DNA of 64,000 nucleotides from Syncephalis fuscata S228 (Eukaryota; Fungi; Zoopagomycota): NCBI GenBank assembly GCA_025786725.1, contig JAHLTZ010000009.1, positions 718,258 to 782,257 of the forward strand, read 5' to 3'. Shown piece by piece: positions 51,264 to 64,000 of this stretch (position 1 is its first letter; each line of letters starts with the position of its first letter). The notes under the pieces were generated by a model. It saw only the letters and a program-made list of their open reading frames with translations, ran no database searches and was not told where the DNA came from. The position numbers and the translations under genes were made by a program.

Positions 51264-52458
51264 TTGGCTGTTAACTGTTAATTATTTTGAAATAAACTTG
51301 GTTTAATCGGAATATTATTATACAAATATTATACTACTTGATAAACATATACAATACTAGGCCTTATTGTCTATATATAGGGTAATGCTTTACTCGTCTA
51401 ATTACTATTTATTAAAAATTTAACAGAAATAAACACTAGTGCAAAACACACTATCGTGTACCTTATCGTATCTTATGGCATGTTAAAAATAGCCAATTCT
51501 GTTTTAGAGACCATGCTGAACTGAGGCAACTGTAGACAAGCACAGATAAGAACGCATAACAGTGGTGCCCATTGGCGTGGTCCTCATGTGCTATTGCTTG
51601 GCCGTCCATACCTATAATTAGTAATGGCATAATTGATCACAAAGAAAAATAAAAATTATTTTTAAACCAACAATTAATAATAATTACTTGGCATTTACAT
51701 TAATCATCTATCAGCTGTTATGACTTGCGATTGATGCTACAACATAGTATATTTTTTATTATGAATAAGATCGATTGCAATAATGGATTGCTTGATTGAA
51801 GTTGATGGTGCGTTATGTGAATAGTTGGCATTAACATTGACTCAATACAGAAAATACTTGATTAGGTTGCAACGTGGAAAAAAAAGGAGAGTCAAGGGCA
51901 AACACCGATATCGATAAAATACAAAAAAGACTGCGGTTTCCTTTTTTGACAACAATAGCACGATTGAGCGGCTCTTTAATGCCAATCCGCTTTATTTGTG
52001 CACTATTTTCGACCATTGTGTATCGATGGCGGAGTCTACATATGCATTGCTTTTATTGTAGACGGATTTAGAATGCTGGCTTTAAAATAGCGCACTTTCC
52101 AGCACGGATAGCTTTTGGTTTGTTGTCCTTCTTGCTACTCTCGACCTTTGTCACCTTGTTTCGCGCAGCTACCACAGTTCGCTTTTAACTTGTACGTCAC
52201 CGTACTTATCACGACAACAAACAACGATTTATAACTACACTATTAGCTGATATAGTCCACGTCGATTAGTTGCGCGTTAACTATCCCGTTTTTTGCTACA
52301 CGGATTTTCTCCTGTTTCAGCTTTTTTATTGATATATTGTCCCGGCGACACATATCTGCTCGATACTGAACTACACCTTTTTGTTCATTAACAACTTTTT
52401 GAACATCTATATTCTTTCTACTTAACGCTAAAGTTACTATCCGTTTATTATCAATACC

Positions 52459-53440
52459 ATGCATAGCTTTTCACTCGTCGCCACTGTACTTGGTCTGGTT
52501 GCCGTAGCCAGCCAGGTTAACGCCCATGGCCATTTAATAGCTCCATTCTGCCGTAATTGTGAAAATGAAAACACCGCTATTGATTCACTTAATACACCAA
52601 CGGACCTCAACAACGTTTGCCGTGGTGCACCACCCAGCAGTACCGTAACGAAGGTGGGCCGCCAAACGACCCTTCAAATTAAAGCATCGGCTCCACATGT
52701 TGGTCCATGCTCGGTCTTTGTTCTTGATGAAAATCTTGGTAATTCCATTAAGGTTGCCGACAAGGAGAACTGCGCTGCCCCCAATGTCGACCATAGCTGG
52801 ACGATTACTTTCCCGTCCAATGTTTCTGGCCGTAAGGTACTTCGATGGACCTGGGAAGGCTGCCATGTCCAGCCATGCGAGCATTACGAGCAGTGCTCCG
52901 ATATCATGATTGCTGACTCTGGCTACTCTACCGCACCAACGAATAACACTGATAGTAATGACAACTCAAAACCAGTATACACTGCACCAGCTCCAGCTCC
53001 AGTCACTACACCTATTAGTTATGATATCCCTATTACAAGCAAACCTGCCCCTGCTGTTCCCGCACCAGCTGCACCAGTAACAGCCTATTCTGAGGACACT
53101 ACTACAAGCACACCTGCCCTGCCCTGCCCATCGCTGCCCCAGTCGCTGCCCCAGCCTATTCCGATGACACTACTACTACTACTACTACTATACTACCGCT
53201 CCAGAATCCGCATATCCTGAAACTCAAACCAAAAATAAGACTACTACATCTCGTCTTACCTACTCTTCTACCGAACAATGTACCGCTGGTGCAATTGAAT
53301 GCCGCGGTAATGCTGTTGTCAAGTGCGACCATAGCCAATGGGTTTCCTTCAAGTGTGCATCTGGCACTACTTGCATTAACGGTGACAGTGTACCAACGTG
53401 TGGGTATCCAAATGGCGGCACCACTGTCACAGCCTATTAG
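52459..53440 (+). CDS. Secreted lytic polysaccharide monooxygenase-like protein with P/T linker and C-terminal Cys-rich (CBM19-like) module; frameshift near 53120
   Basis: Signal peptide ends VNA|HGHLIAPFCR, giving His1; also APHVGPC, VLRWTW and YEQCSDI. The shifted frame gives CTAGAIECRGNAVVKCDHSQWVSFKCASGTTCINGDSVPTCGYP..AY*. Confidence 0.8.
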
Positions 53441-54453
53441 ACCACATTTTAGATGGATAATTATAGGCCATAGATATGGTGTGTGTATGTGTGCGGTTCA
53501 ATTACTATTGTTCTACACGTTTATTTTATAATAAATACAATTTCAATATTAATAATTAGCAAATATAGTATATTTATTGCTTTACAAACTAGGCTATGCT
53601 GTAGATTAGCATTGTGTATGATATTCACAGTATTTAGTTTTTAGTAGATCGGCATTATGTTTCATACTGGTGCGGTGCATTGATGTCATACTTGCTATGA
53701 GCTATTATATTGATGTATACGTTACACTCCCAGGTAACTCGGTAGAACAAATGTTTCACAGCTAATGTTTAAATTGACAGTTCATATTCCCTCATCTCGC
53801 CTTTTCTTGCCTGTTATTATATTATACATTCTTTATCTGGCTGGTTCTACAAGTTTCAGCTGTCTTTCATTTAATAAATCATGGTTAATATCGATAGAAC
53901 AAGTTCTTTTGGTGGTAGATTATTAAATTATAGTAACTCCAGATCTAATAAGCATATTAATTGTTTACTGTTCCTCGGTATTTACTACTTGACATACATG
54001 TAAGCAACTCAAATTAATGCTAATTAACAAGTACAAATAAATCAGCCATTAGTATATACCAGTCTATTGTACAACATAAAATAAAATAGGCTATTTGATA
54101 TACAGCAATACAATAATAGCTACTTAAGCATGTAAGTAAATAAAACAAACAATATACTATCTATACTATATATTACATAATAGATAGCATCAACTATAGT
54201 AACTATTATATTTACTATCCATCCATGTGTTCAAGTCGATTAAAAGTGTTAATTAGTCAGTGTTAATTCGATAGCTCATGATCAGCTACAATGTTATTTC
54301 ATAATTATATGACAAGTATAAATAAAATGCTATTACTTTCATTGTATTGACTTGTTCAAACATCAATTCACATCCACAGAAAACGATACAATGCAACTTA
54401 TAGTCTATGAGGATGTGTCGTGTAATGATTAAGCCTTTTGCTGTTCTTGTTCA

Positions 54454-57212
54454 TCATTCCTCGTCGCTATCACTTTCTTCCTCGTCTGCTTCTTGTAACC
54501 ATTGTACAAATGGTGTCACCTATACTGATGATTAGATTGAATTGCTTATTGCCAATTAGCTTACCGAATCTCTTAATGCTTTGTCTACTGAAAGCGCCCG
54601 TGCTGATCCATACCATGCAACAATAGCCTCTTCTTCAACGACATCTAGTTCATAAAAGTATCTTACGGTTGGGAAGAATGCCCGTCGATGCAATTCACTA
54701 TGTGCACAGTATTCCTATATCAGCTTGTATTAGTATCAATACATCTATACAGTTGCTATCACTCGTTACCTGTAAAAGAAATAAAGCATCAACCTGATCT
54801 TTGTCTGAATGAATCATTCGGCCTAATAAAGGCGCCCATGTAGTCATCATCTAACAATACCAAATATCAGTGATCATTGATCAATCATCAATTAGCAATA
54901 ATTTACCTTTTTCAAACTAACTGCCATGGCTGACATGTCTACGTGACGAAGAATCACTGGAATAAGTAGTTGACGAATTGTATGATAGTTGGCATTGTAT
55001 GACATGCGTAGCGTATTCAGTTCTAATGCTGCCACTTCTACAGAATGTTTATCAGTGACAGCTCGTTCAAATGTCTGGGCCACTTCATAGTTAAATTCAT
55101 CTTCTCCGCCAATATCAGAAACATCCGAGTCACTATCTTCATCAGATGAATCCGACGTAAGTCCTTCTTCAAAGTCAAATCCGGCCAATGCACTTGCTGT
55201 TTAATAGTTAATACTTGACTATTCTAATTATTGTTAACCGACCTAGTTCACCAATTGCTCGTTGACGTGGATCCACCTCCTCATCGTCAGAATCATTGTC
55301 GTCGTCGTCTCCTAGCCACAAACTACCAACACCATGCTCGCCCAGATCAATAGATGATCCAGTATCTAATTCTATTAAACTTTGTTATATACTATTTAAT
55401 GTAAAATTACCATCATGGCATCTGAATGTAAACTAGCGTTAAATATCTTAGTTCCAGTTGGGATGACTACATTGGGTCCAACTGTCACCTAAATTCATTC
55501 TATTAATAATCATACGGACTCAAACTGATATAGATTCAAATGGTGTCAACTACTTACTTGTGGCCCAAGAATAGATCCAGCTGATACAGTAACACTATCA
55601 TGAATCTGTGTATCATTGGCCAAAATGGATCGATTTATAGTACATTGACTACCAACTTGCACATTCTCCCATAAGTAGCATCGGTAATAGTGTGTTATTG
55701 CCTATAGTCATTATAATTACAATAGCTATTTGAGTAGAACTACAACGTAATTACCAATATGACAATTGGGACCAAGTACAGTGTTGTCAATGCTAACATT
55801 CTCTCCAATGACACAGCCACTGCCCAATAATACATTGGAACCAATATGGCTCGATCGTGCAATTACTACGCACTCCCCTTTATACCAGCGACCCTTTACA
55901 AACTGACACCGATCTTTGCCTTGGGCCATACTTTCAGGTACAATGGGATCGGCCCAGCGACGTAGTACATTTTTACTAATTGAATATATATATATATCAT
56001 TAGTCATTAATACTATTAGATATTAGGCCCATCTACCTAATAGCATCATAAAGACGAAGTCCTGTGGCACGAGCAGCATAAGCATGATCAAGAACATGAG
56101 CATAAACGGTTTTATCCAACAAATCCGATGTTAACACGCCATGCACAAAGTCGCGTCGAATATCTTGATAATCGAAATTCTCGGTAAATAATGCTAGTAC
56201 CTATACAGTCCATAGTATTAATTAAATAGCAATATCCATATCAATATGATGCCGTAAAAGTACACCTCCACTTACTTCTAGTGTGCAAATATCAATTTGA
56301 CAATCAATTAAATCATTACGTAATTCCAATTCAAAATGTTTTTTAAAGATTTCACAATCCAGAGTCACTTTGTTTTTACGAGGAAATGCGTCCAATGCTT
56401 CATAGTAAACACATTCATTCGATTGTGCATCCAATGCAAATACCGAGGCATATGAGAAATCACTATACAACATTAGATTAATTACTATTCATTACTAATT
56501 ACTTGTTTTATAAATAAATGACCTACCGAGTACTATGGAGTGGACTGGCTGATTTTAACACCTACAACTGATTTGTGAGTGCTACTCCACTACTATTACA
56601 TTGTACTTACCATAGTCATAATTGCATTCTTATCAGTCAGTTTTCGTTGGCGATGTTTATCCAAGGCATCCTTAAGCGAAAAGTTGGCTATCAAGTCGCC
56701 GTGAACTAGGATAAAATCGCCACCAAGGAACTGTTTGGCATCAAGTTCACGTAGTGCGTCGCCTACTGAATAGCATTCTTGCGACACAATGGTCACTACC
56801 TCCATTAATGAAGTCTTCTTGCCCCATTTAGATTGGCTATAAAGCAATATTATAGTCAGTACATATGCTAATATAGTATTTTATGTTGTTACTAACCGAA
56901 TGTATTCACGTACAAGTGCCGATTTAGATTGGCAAAAAATAAATGTTTTCTGAACACCAGACAAAGCGAGAAACTCGAGCGTATACTCGATCAACGGCAC
57001 ATTGCATAGAGGGATTAAGCACTGTAGTCATTGTAGATAGCTATAGATTAGTAGACATTCTATTGCTGACAAGCAACAAACGCTAAACTTACACGTGGAC
57101 GATCAATAGTAAGCGGTTTAAAACGATCATCAAAGCTGTCGGCTAAAACAACAGCTTGCAACAATTCCTCAGCCTCTAGACCCTGCGACGAAGAATGACT
57201 CTTAGGTTGCAT
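54454..57212 (-). CDS. GCD6: Translation initiation factor eIF2B epsilon subunit
   Basis: LQAVVLADSFDDRFKPLTIDRPR; SVGDALRELDAK; DFILVHGDLIAN; RNDLIDCQIDIC; LFTENFDYQDIRRDFVHGVL; hexapeptide repeats; ALELNTLRMSYNA; W2 tail FVQWLQEADEEESD. Confidence 0.95.
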
Positions 57213-57578
57213 GGTCTCGCGTTAAAATACTTGGTCGATTAGCTGTTATTTGTTTGAAAACAAAAGGAAACAGAAAAAGAAATGTCTTGTTTTATTATTA
57301 TTATTATTATTTACGCTTAATATTGATCATAGAGATCTGATTAATGTAAATGATACGCATAATACTTTTAGTGCTTTTTACTGTTAGAATTATTGAAACT
57401 ATTGAATTTATGATGCTCGATAAGCAGCATCATGCTCTTCTTTGCTATTGAGCTGCGTGGTTACACATGATGATGTAGTCTACCACTATTTATATACAAA
57501 ATAAACTACTTTATTGACAAGCATATCCTTTTACATATATCCTTCTCTTTAGTTACAACTTCAATATTTCTGTAAATC

Positions 57579-58857
57579 ATGCGTTTTATTTGGGCGTTAG
57601 CTTTAATATGTACAGGCATCCATACTAGTTATTCAGCAATATATGGTATTAATCCAGACTATATGTTAAATCATTGTCGTCGCTCATTGGCATCGTCATT
57701 ATGGCTAGCGGCAGAATATCAAGCGTTTGTTTCAACAAGTTCGATGACTGATATATTACCGTTTTCTGTATATACTCAAGAATACGAAAGTGGGCAGCCT
57801 GATGCATTTGGTGTACACGGTTTAGTAATAGATAGGGAGCGTACTCATAGAGATTCTGCTGATGAGTATTCAGCTTATGCAACTTATAAAGGCCAGGCGG
57901 GCTTTCTTAAATGTAGTTATAGTACTAGATCGTACGCAAATGAAATTCGCTCTTTATTGGTATGTATAAACGGTTTAAATGGCTAATTACAACTAACTAG
58001 CCAGTTCAAATGGCAATAGGCACTTAATAGATTGGATCCTCCAATGCCTTCAATACCCAAATGGCATGGCTACGACACGGCTATACCATTTCAGAAACTT
58101 AAAAGTCGGCTCGTAACGTATTTCCGCACTGCTGATGGCTATGGCTGTACTGTATTATCATTGGTAGATGGCATTCAGTTGAATGAATACGCGGTCAGTC
58201 TTAGTCCGCTTCAAAGAAATACAGAGTTGCGTGATGTTGCGCGGCAATTGCTTATTGGTAAGTGGTTGATATGACTAACGCTTTAAATTAATTTGATATT
58301 AGTACTTGCTTATTTACATAGTGCTGGTTGGGCACATGGCGATATCAAGCCAAAAAGTAAGTGGAAAGATATAGCTAGATATTGAATTGCTTTAACTTGC
58401 CATAATAGATATTATGGTAAATGTAGTGTCACACCAAGATGATGACAAGCCAAACGTTGAAGTGACACTTGTAGATTTTAATTGGGCAATCCCATCTGCT
58501 GAAAAACTACATAAGCCACTAGGTCGAACGCTAGGCTTTACACCGCCAGAATATTATTCGTCAAAACAAATCAATATGCAGTCATTTGATGTCTGGTCAT
58601 TGGGCACTACGCTTTATGCGTTATTTATGGGCCATGCGCCATATGAAGTGGAGTATGACAGTGAAGGAAACGAGTTGCTTTGGCCGAAGAAAAAACGTCG
58701 AAAATTCATGCGTAATTTGATTAAACACCAGCAGCACAAACACAAACCATTAAATTGTAGTGAAGAAGCGCGTGATTTTATTGAGTCACTAATGCGAATC
58801 AATCCATCAGATCGTCCCACCATGAAAGAAATGATGCAGCATGCATGGCTTAGATGA
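57579..58857 (+). CDS. Protein kinase-like protein with N-terminal signal peptide (4 exons)
   Basis: MRFIWALALICTGIHTSYSA; GFLKC; LAYLHSAGWAHGDIKPKNIMV (small exon 58301-58356); LVDFN; GFTPPE; DVWSLGTTLY; RPTMKEMMQHAWL. Confidence 0.88.
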
Positions 58858-59530
58858 TATTTATCGAGGTACAACTAAAATAATTAATAAATATACACTG
58901 TCAGCTGCTATATATCGTATTTATGTTACTATTTAACAACTATTGGCAAAATTTGATATATTTATAAATTATTGTTGAATATAATCATTAATGGCATAAA
59001 GTTGTTACAAGTACAAAGTATTAGAATATAAGTTATTTTAATTTAGCACAAATCAATGTAATTTAGATCGTTTTGCTGTAAGCTTTAGCAAGTCAAACAT
59101 TCAACGTATCAATAGGTTTAATAAATTTCTATAGGCATTATTGTAATTATAAATACTGTTTTGTTTGCTATGATTGTGTCATAAGTATTAACCATATGAT
59201 ATTACAGTAGGCTCAGCTGAATACTAACGACACGCAAATATGAATAATATGTCCAGTATACATGTTATGTTTGGTGATCCAAGTTTAATAAACAAGTTAT
59301 TTGATATTTTAATTGTTAATTTATTTTTTAAAATAAAATTATGTGTTTATTACTACAAGTTTGCACACATCAGTGCACACCTATTAGCAATATAATAGTG
59401 CCATGGATCAAAGAATGAATAAACCGGAGCATTGGATGAGGATTGATATATGAATGCGCTGACCAGCAGCTGTTGAATAGACTTGTGTCCACATAACATA
59501 TGCCTTGAATACATTGAACTAACAGCTCAA

Positions 59531-59790
59531 TTATATTACCAATAAGCCCTTGCGATCGTGGTTGCCACCACCAATGATAGGTATAGAAAGACCAGTGTAA
59601 GCAGGAGTGCAGCTAGTGCAATAGCCATCATCATCTCGACATTTACAAGCGCCAAAAGGAGGGATAGGGCCTCTGTCAGAACTTTCATCCTTTGGAGCAC
59701 GACGGGTGAGGTTGGCTTAGCATCCACCATGGTTGTAGTAGCCACAAAGGCCACGAGAACGGTGCAGACGACGGCAATGGAAAGCTTCAT
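59531..59790 (-). CDS. Small secreted Cys-containing pre-pro-peptide (one apparent frameshift near 59712)
   Basis: Signal peptide MKLSIAVVCTVLVAFVATTTMVDA. The shifted frame reads NLTRR-APKDESSDRGPIPPFGACKCRDDDGYCTSCTPAYTGLSIPIIGGGNHDRKGLLVI*. TATA-like TATAAA on the minus strand at about 59942-59947. Confidence 0.65.
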
Positions 59791-60905
59791 GGTGATGTTG
59801 ACTTGTTAGTACAAAGTAGAGCAAGGATGGCGGTGTAGAGTGTAGCGCGTAATTGCCAGCAAGTAGAAAGTGAGGTTTGAGAGTAGATAGTAGCGAGTGC
59901 TTGGTAGAAAGTAGAGCATAAAAATGATTTCAGCTGTCGAATTTATACAATAATACAAATGTTTTTGGACTGCCGATTAGAAAATTAATAAGTTGACTAT
60001 TATGGTTGTTTCAGCTGCGTTTAAAATATCCCCCTCCGCAACTACGTCAGCTTGTGTTTTCTTTTTGGCAATGTTCTAAAAATAGTTTGATAAATATAAG
60101 CTGCAATGAAGCGTATAATAATAAAGCAAAGATTGTATTAACACCATTGTTTATTGTATAAATAAGGCTTGAATAGTGGTAATGTAAACAATAAGCAGTT
60201 ATATCGCATATGCTTTACTATGAAAAGCATTAATTTGTAAAAACAGTGATAGTGCTATATACAAGTGGTTATTAATTAATCCAAAGAAACACAAGTAAAC
60301 GGATGAGCTATCTACCGCTGTTTCAGCTATTCCTTTTTGGCTATCTTACATTGCTGTCGCTATATTTGTACTAGGAGTGTAGACATGATAGTTTGATTAC
60401 CATTTTAAATGGAAAATGACATTTAAATTCAGCTCAACACTTCAGCCAACATAGACAACCATTCGTTTCCATTTTGAATTGCTACTCAGCTAGCTTTGTT
60501 TTGGATTGCGTATTGCCGCCCCTCATTATTCCTTTTTGACTATCCTATACCGCTGTCGTTTTATTTTTACTAAAACGTAAACGTGATAAACCAATTGCCA
60601 ATTTGAATAGAAGACGCCATTTGAATCTAAAACAGCACCCCCTATCACGATAAACAATTGCAAAATTCCATTTTGAGCTGTTCTTCAATTAGAATGTTTC
60701 ATTTCCATGCAGGTCACCATCAGAAAGCACATCTGTTTGTTTAAACAACAGTATGCCACGAGCTACTATTTGATATAAATAATTAGATGGTTTATGGTTG
60801 TTTATTTCTTTATCATACACATCTTAGTTCCCACCTGCTGATTCTCACTACTGCAATCACAACTGTTTACGAGGCAACAAGGATATAGACATTAAACGCC
60901 GATTC

Positions 60906-61924
60906 ATGATGTTATCTGGAACCAGCTATTTTTTACCGCTACTGGTGCTACTATCAGCCGGTCAGAGTATGGCAGGAATTGCAGACTTTGCCGCTAAACA
61001 GGGTAGCAATTTAATGAACTTTGTTGCTACAAAAGGTAGCTATTGAATAGCTTTATTTGCTATGCAATAATAACCATGACGCAATACTAGATCCTACCTT
61101 TGAGTATGGTTTAGGTCGACCTGGCGCACTTGGCGTCGAAGGCCTTAGCATTGATTCTTCTATGAGTTTAAAAGAAGGCGCGTATATTACGCAAGGAAAA
61201 TACTTTGTAAAGAAAGATGATCAACGTAACGTTAGAGTTTTATGTGGAAATAGCCAAACTGAAAATTGGACCTTTAGACTATTCAAAGTATGTATATCCA
61301 TGACTAGTTTAAACCGCTGACACAATAACCTTGCTGGCAGAATATGTACTCTGGAGATTACAACATGTTTGAAACACCAAAGCCTACTCCACGTCCCCTT
61401 TATTCTGTTATTAAGAAGGTCCTCCGCAAAAAGGATATGATTGCTACGTAGTTCTTAATCCAGGATGTGGAATACCTCTTTATAACTATTTCCGCCCAGG
61501 TCCTGATGGAGCAAAATGATGAAAGCTATATTTTCAAGCTATGTAAAAAGTACATATACGACAGTTACAATAATTCTTTACTAATAATGGATTAACTAGT
61601 TATAAGCGACCTTAAATCAAAACAATGGTGGATAAATGGAGATCAGTCCCGTGGTAAGTTGAATATTGAACTATAAATAACTGTAACATACTTATATGAT
61701 TATCAGCTATATGCATTACGCAAAATGCTGTAGTAGTAGGCTATGCCAATGGTGTGGTTCCTATAAATAGCATTGCTGCAGTCGACAGATCGAACGATGA
61801 ATTATGGAAGTCGTTGGCCTTTTCCTACAAAAAATTCAACGCTGGTCTAATGGATAATCAAGCAGAAGACTATGTTAAAAAGCAATACAAGGATTTAGCA
61901 ATTACAACAAATAAACAGCCATAA
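60906..61924 (+). CDS. Secreted pseudokinase-like paralog of the 57579 kinase (5 exons; frameshifts in exon 3)
   Basis: Signal peptide MMLSGTSYFLPLLVLLSAGQSMA. RPGALGVEGLSID matches QPDAFGVHGLVID, and GYDCYVVLNPGCGIPLYNY matches GYGCTVLSLVDGIQLNEY. The catalytic-loop position is degenerate (DLKSKQWWINGD). Confidence 0.6.
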
Positions 61925-64000
61925 TGTGGGCAACATTTAACGATAGTTTATTTAATAGTGCACTTGCTGTTAATAATAAAGAAACGCATACAATAATACC
62001 AATGGTTAGGTGCATTCTCCGCCTTATGTCAAGCTATCGTCCAATAGTATTGCTAGTTGAACAGCATATAGTTGGAGTGCAGCATTTATGAATTTCGCTT
62101 TTAGCTTAATCGATTATTTATTATATCGTGCTAATCAACAAACTGACTTATGATTTAGTGAAATGATGAATAGTAGTGTTTAACTGTAGTGTACATAGTG
62201 TAATAGGTGAAATGAATAAAATTTCACGATGCGTGTATTGATATTACATATGAATATATTATATTTATAAACTAAGTGTACAGCTCGATTCTGTGATAAT
62301 AATCACAGCGTCCAATTGAAAACAATAATGTATCAGCCATGATAATTTTATAATTTAAGAAATTACGACTAGTTTAGCACAATGACAGATATATGTATGT
62401 AAATACAACTTATTATATTATATTATGTTGTATCTGATGCGTATAGATTTGAGAATTAAATTTGTCGGTGAAAGCATCAGCAAAGATGTAGCAATGCATA
62501 TTGCTGTTGCTGCAGAACTAATAAATTCCGTTTTGCATCGTACGACTAATCGTTTAATAGCGCTGTAAATATTGGCATATAAATTTCTATTACATACATA
62601 CTGGATCATTAGTATTGTCACACCATTTTGTAGATCTCACAGAAATTAAAGTAAATGCATGACTTTACACCATCCTAACATTGATATATTGGCAAACATA
62701 TGTTTTAAATTGTCATGTGGATGCACTGCTATCAATTTACATTCCACATTAATGATATGGTTCATACAACACAGTATACTGATATCTCATCATATTTATA
62801 AACTTAAATGGCTAATGTAAATGTGTAATTACCGGTGTTATCAGCATTACAATCTGCTTTCTGCTAAACAGTTTATACTATAAACCTTTACTTTTTATTC
62901 CATCTGTTTATTTCAACAGATCATTATTACTATAAAGCTTTCTATTGCATCATCTGCATCATTATTATACCGTTTATAGCCACTACAGTCATTGTGAATG
63001 CTAAGTCAGTTCCAATCCGTTGCAATATGTTTCAATCAAAATAGATATTCCAACTGTTATATTCACTAACAATAGATTGGATTAATGATGCTACTAGATT
63101 GTAAGCTTCAATTATGAATTGTTTACAATAATTGGTACATCCTCATACATACGATAAATGTAATAAATACGTAAACAGATGGTAAGTTTGTTATAAACTA
63201 ATAAAGCAAATATTGTATTTACAATACTAATATGATAAGCTAATATTAATAAAAGGCAAGTAGTATTGTATGATGATTAGCACTTTAGTTAAATATATTT
63301 TATTTATCAAACTAAAAAGAATAAAGTGTAAGCATTATTGTATATTAATCAATTATGTGCTCATTGCATGTAATTTATTGTGCATCAGCAACTTGGTAGC
63401 AATAGGCTGCAAGTGATGCTGTAGGTTAAGTAGCTATGAGCTAATTACACGAAATGTACTGTGTGTATCAAATATTAGTGCTAATATGTGGTGTCACTGT
63501 ATAATGATTTGTCAACGGTATTATATGTCAATTAGTTATACACTGATTAGATTATGTGTAATGTGCTTATCAATAACTTCATATTTATAGCCGATAACTA
63601 GCATCTTATATTGATTGACTATGCGCTAATTGAACGCTTACTATGTACTTCAACAAATTAATACTAACAGAAAATAGGGGATACTACATACCAATTAACT
63701 ATACACTTATTAGATAATCTGTACTGTATGTATCAACTGCTTGCTAGTAATAAACGGTAAGTGATATAGTATATCAATTAGCTGTATACTAGCTATATAC
63801 TATGTGTTGCGTGCATCAGCATTCTGCCATTAATAGATGTAGGTGGCATTTAGTATTGATATTTTATACATTAACTATATAGCATGTTTTGTATTTGCTT
63901 ATAGACATGGAATAGCTGGTACATTCAAGATGTTGGCATTGGCAGTATAATTAAACTACTAGTTCAATATACTTTAAACATATATTCGGTGGGGAACAAG

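Noticed and set aside
61700-61800. Profilin-like CITQNAVVVG motif
   Set aside because: The signal peptide and the motifs shared with the neighbouring kinase fit a pseudokinase better.

Overview
This is AT-rich eukaryotic DNA with many short (about 45-100 bp) GT-AG introns. Gene content and style point to an early-diverging fungus, probably a Zoopagomycota mycoparasite such as Syncephalis (inference, not verified). Bases 1-15 kb are a very compact housekeeping block: ValRS 3' half, WDR24/Sea2, an Ahc1-like/YEATS2-like protein, Pmp3, Arp10, a Whi5/Nrm1-type repressor and tRNA-Arg(CCT). The rest is looser and accessory-rich. It holds a MATE transporter, a second Pmp3, an extensin-like Pro-rich protein, a UDP-glycosyltransferase, a 7TM-RGS protein, the citrate carrier and eIF2B-epsilon. 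It also holds a candidate effector set: an LPMO-like protein with a Cys module, a signal-peptide kinase, a related pseudokinase and a small Cys pro-peptide. Three things stand out. (1) A roughly 2,000-aa gene (32697-39575) built from seven divergent actinoporin/aegerolysin-like domains, one per large exon. (2) Three nearly identical copies of a 1.55-1.74 kb transposase-free element that appears to carry a complete mini-gene for a 41-aa Cys-rich hydrophobic peptide. (3) A second, MITE-like family with three copies. Many genes, including essential eIF2B-epsilon, carry single-base frameshifts, most likely consensus errors. All family calls come from reading motifs by eye; no searches were run.
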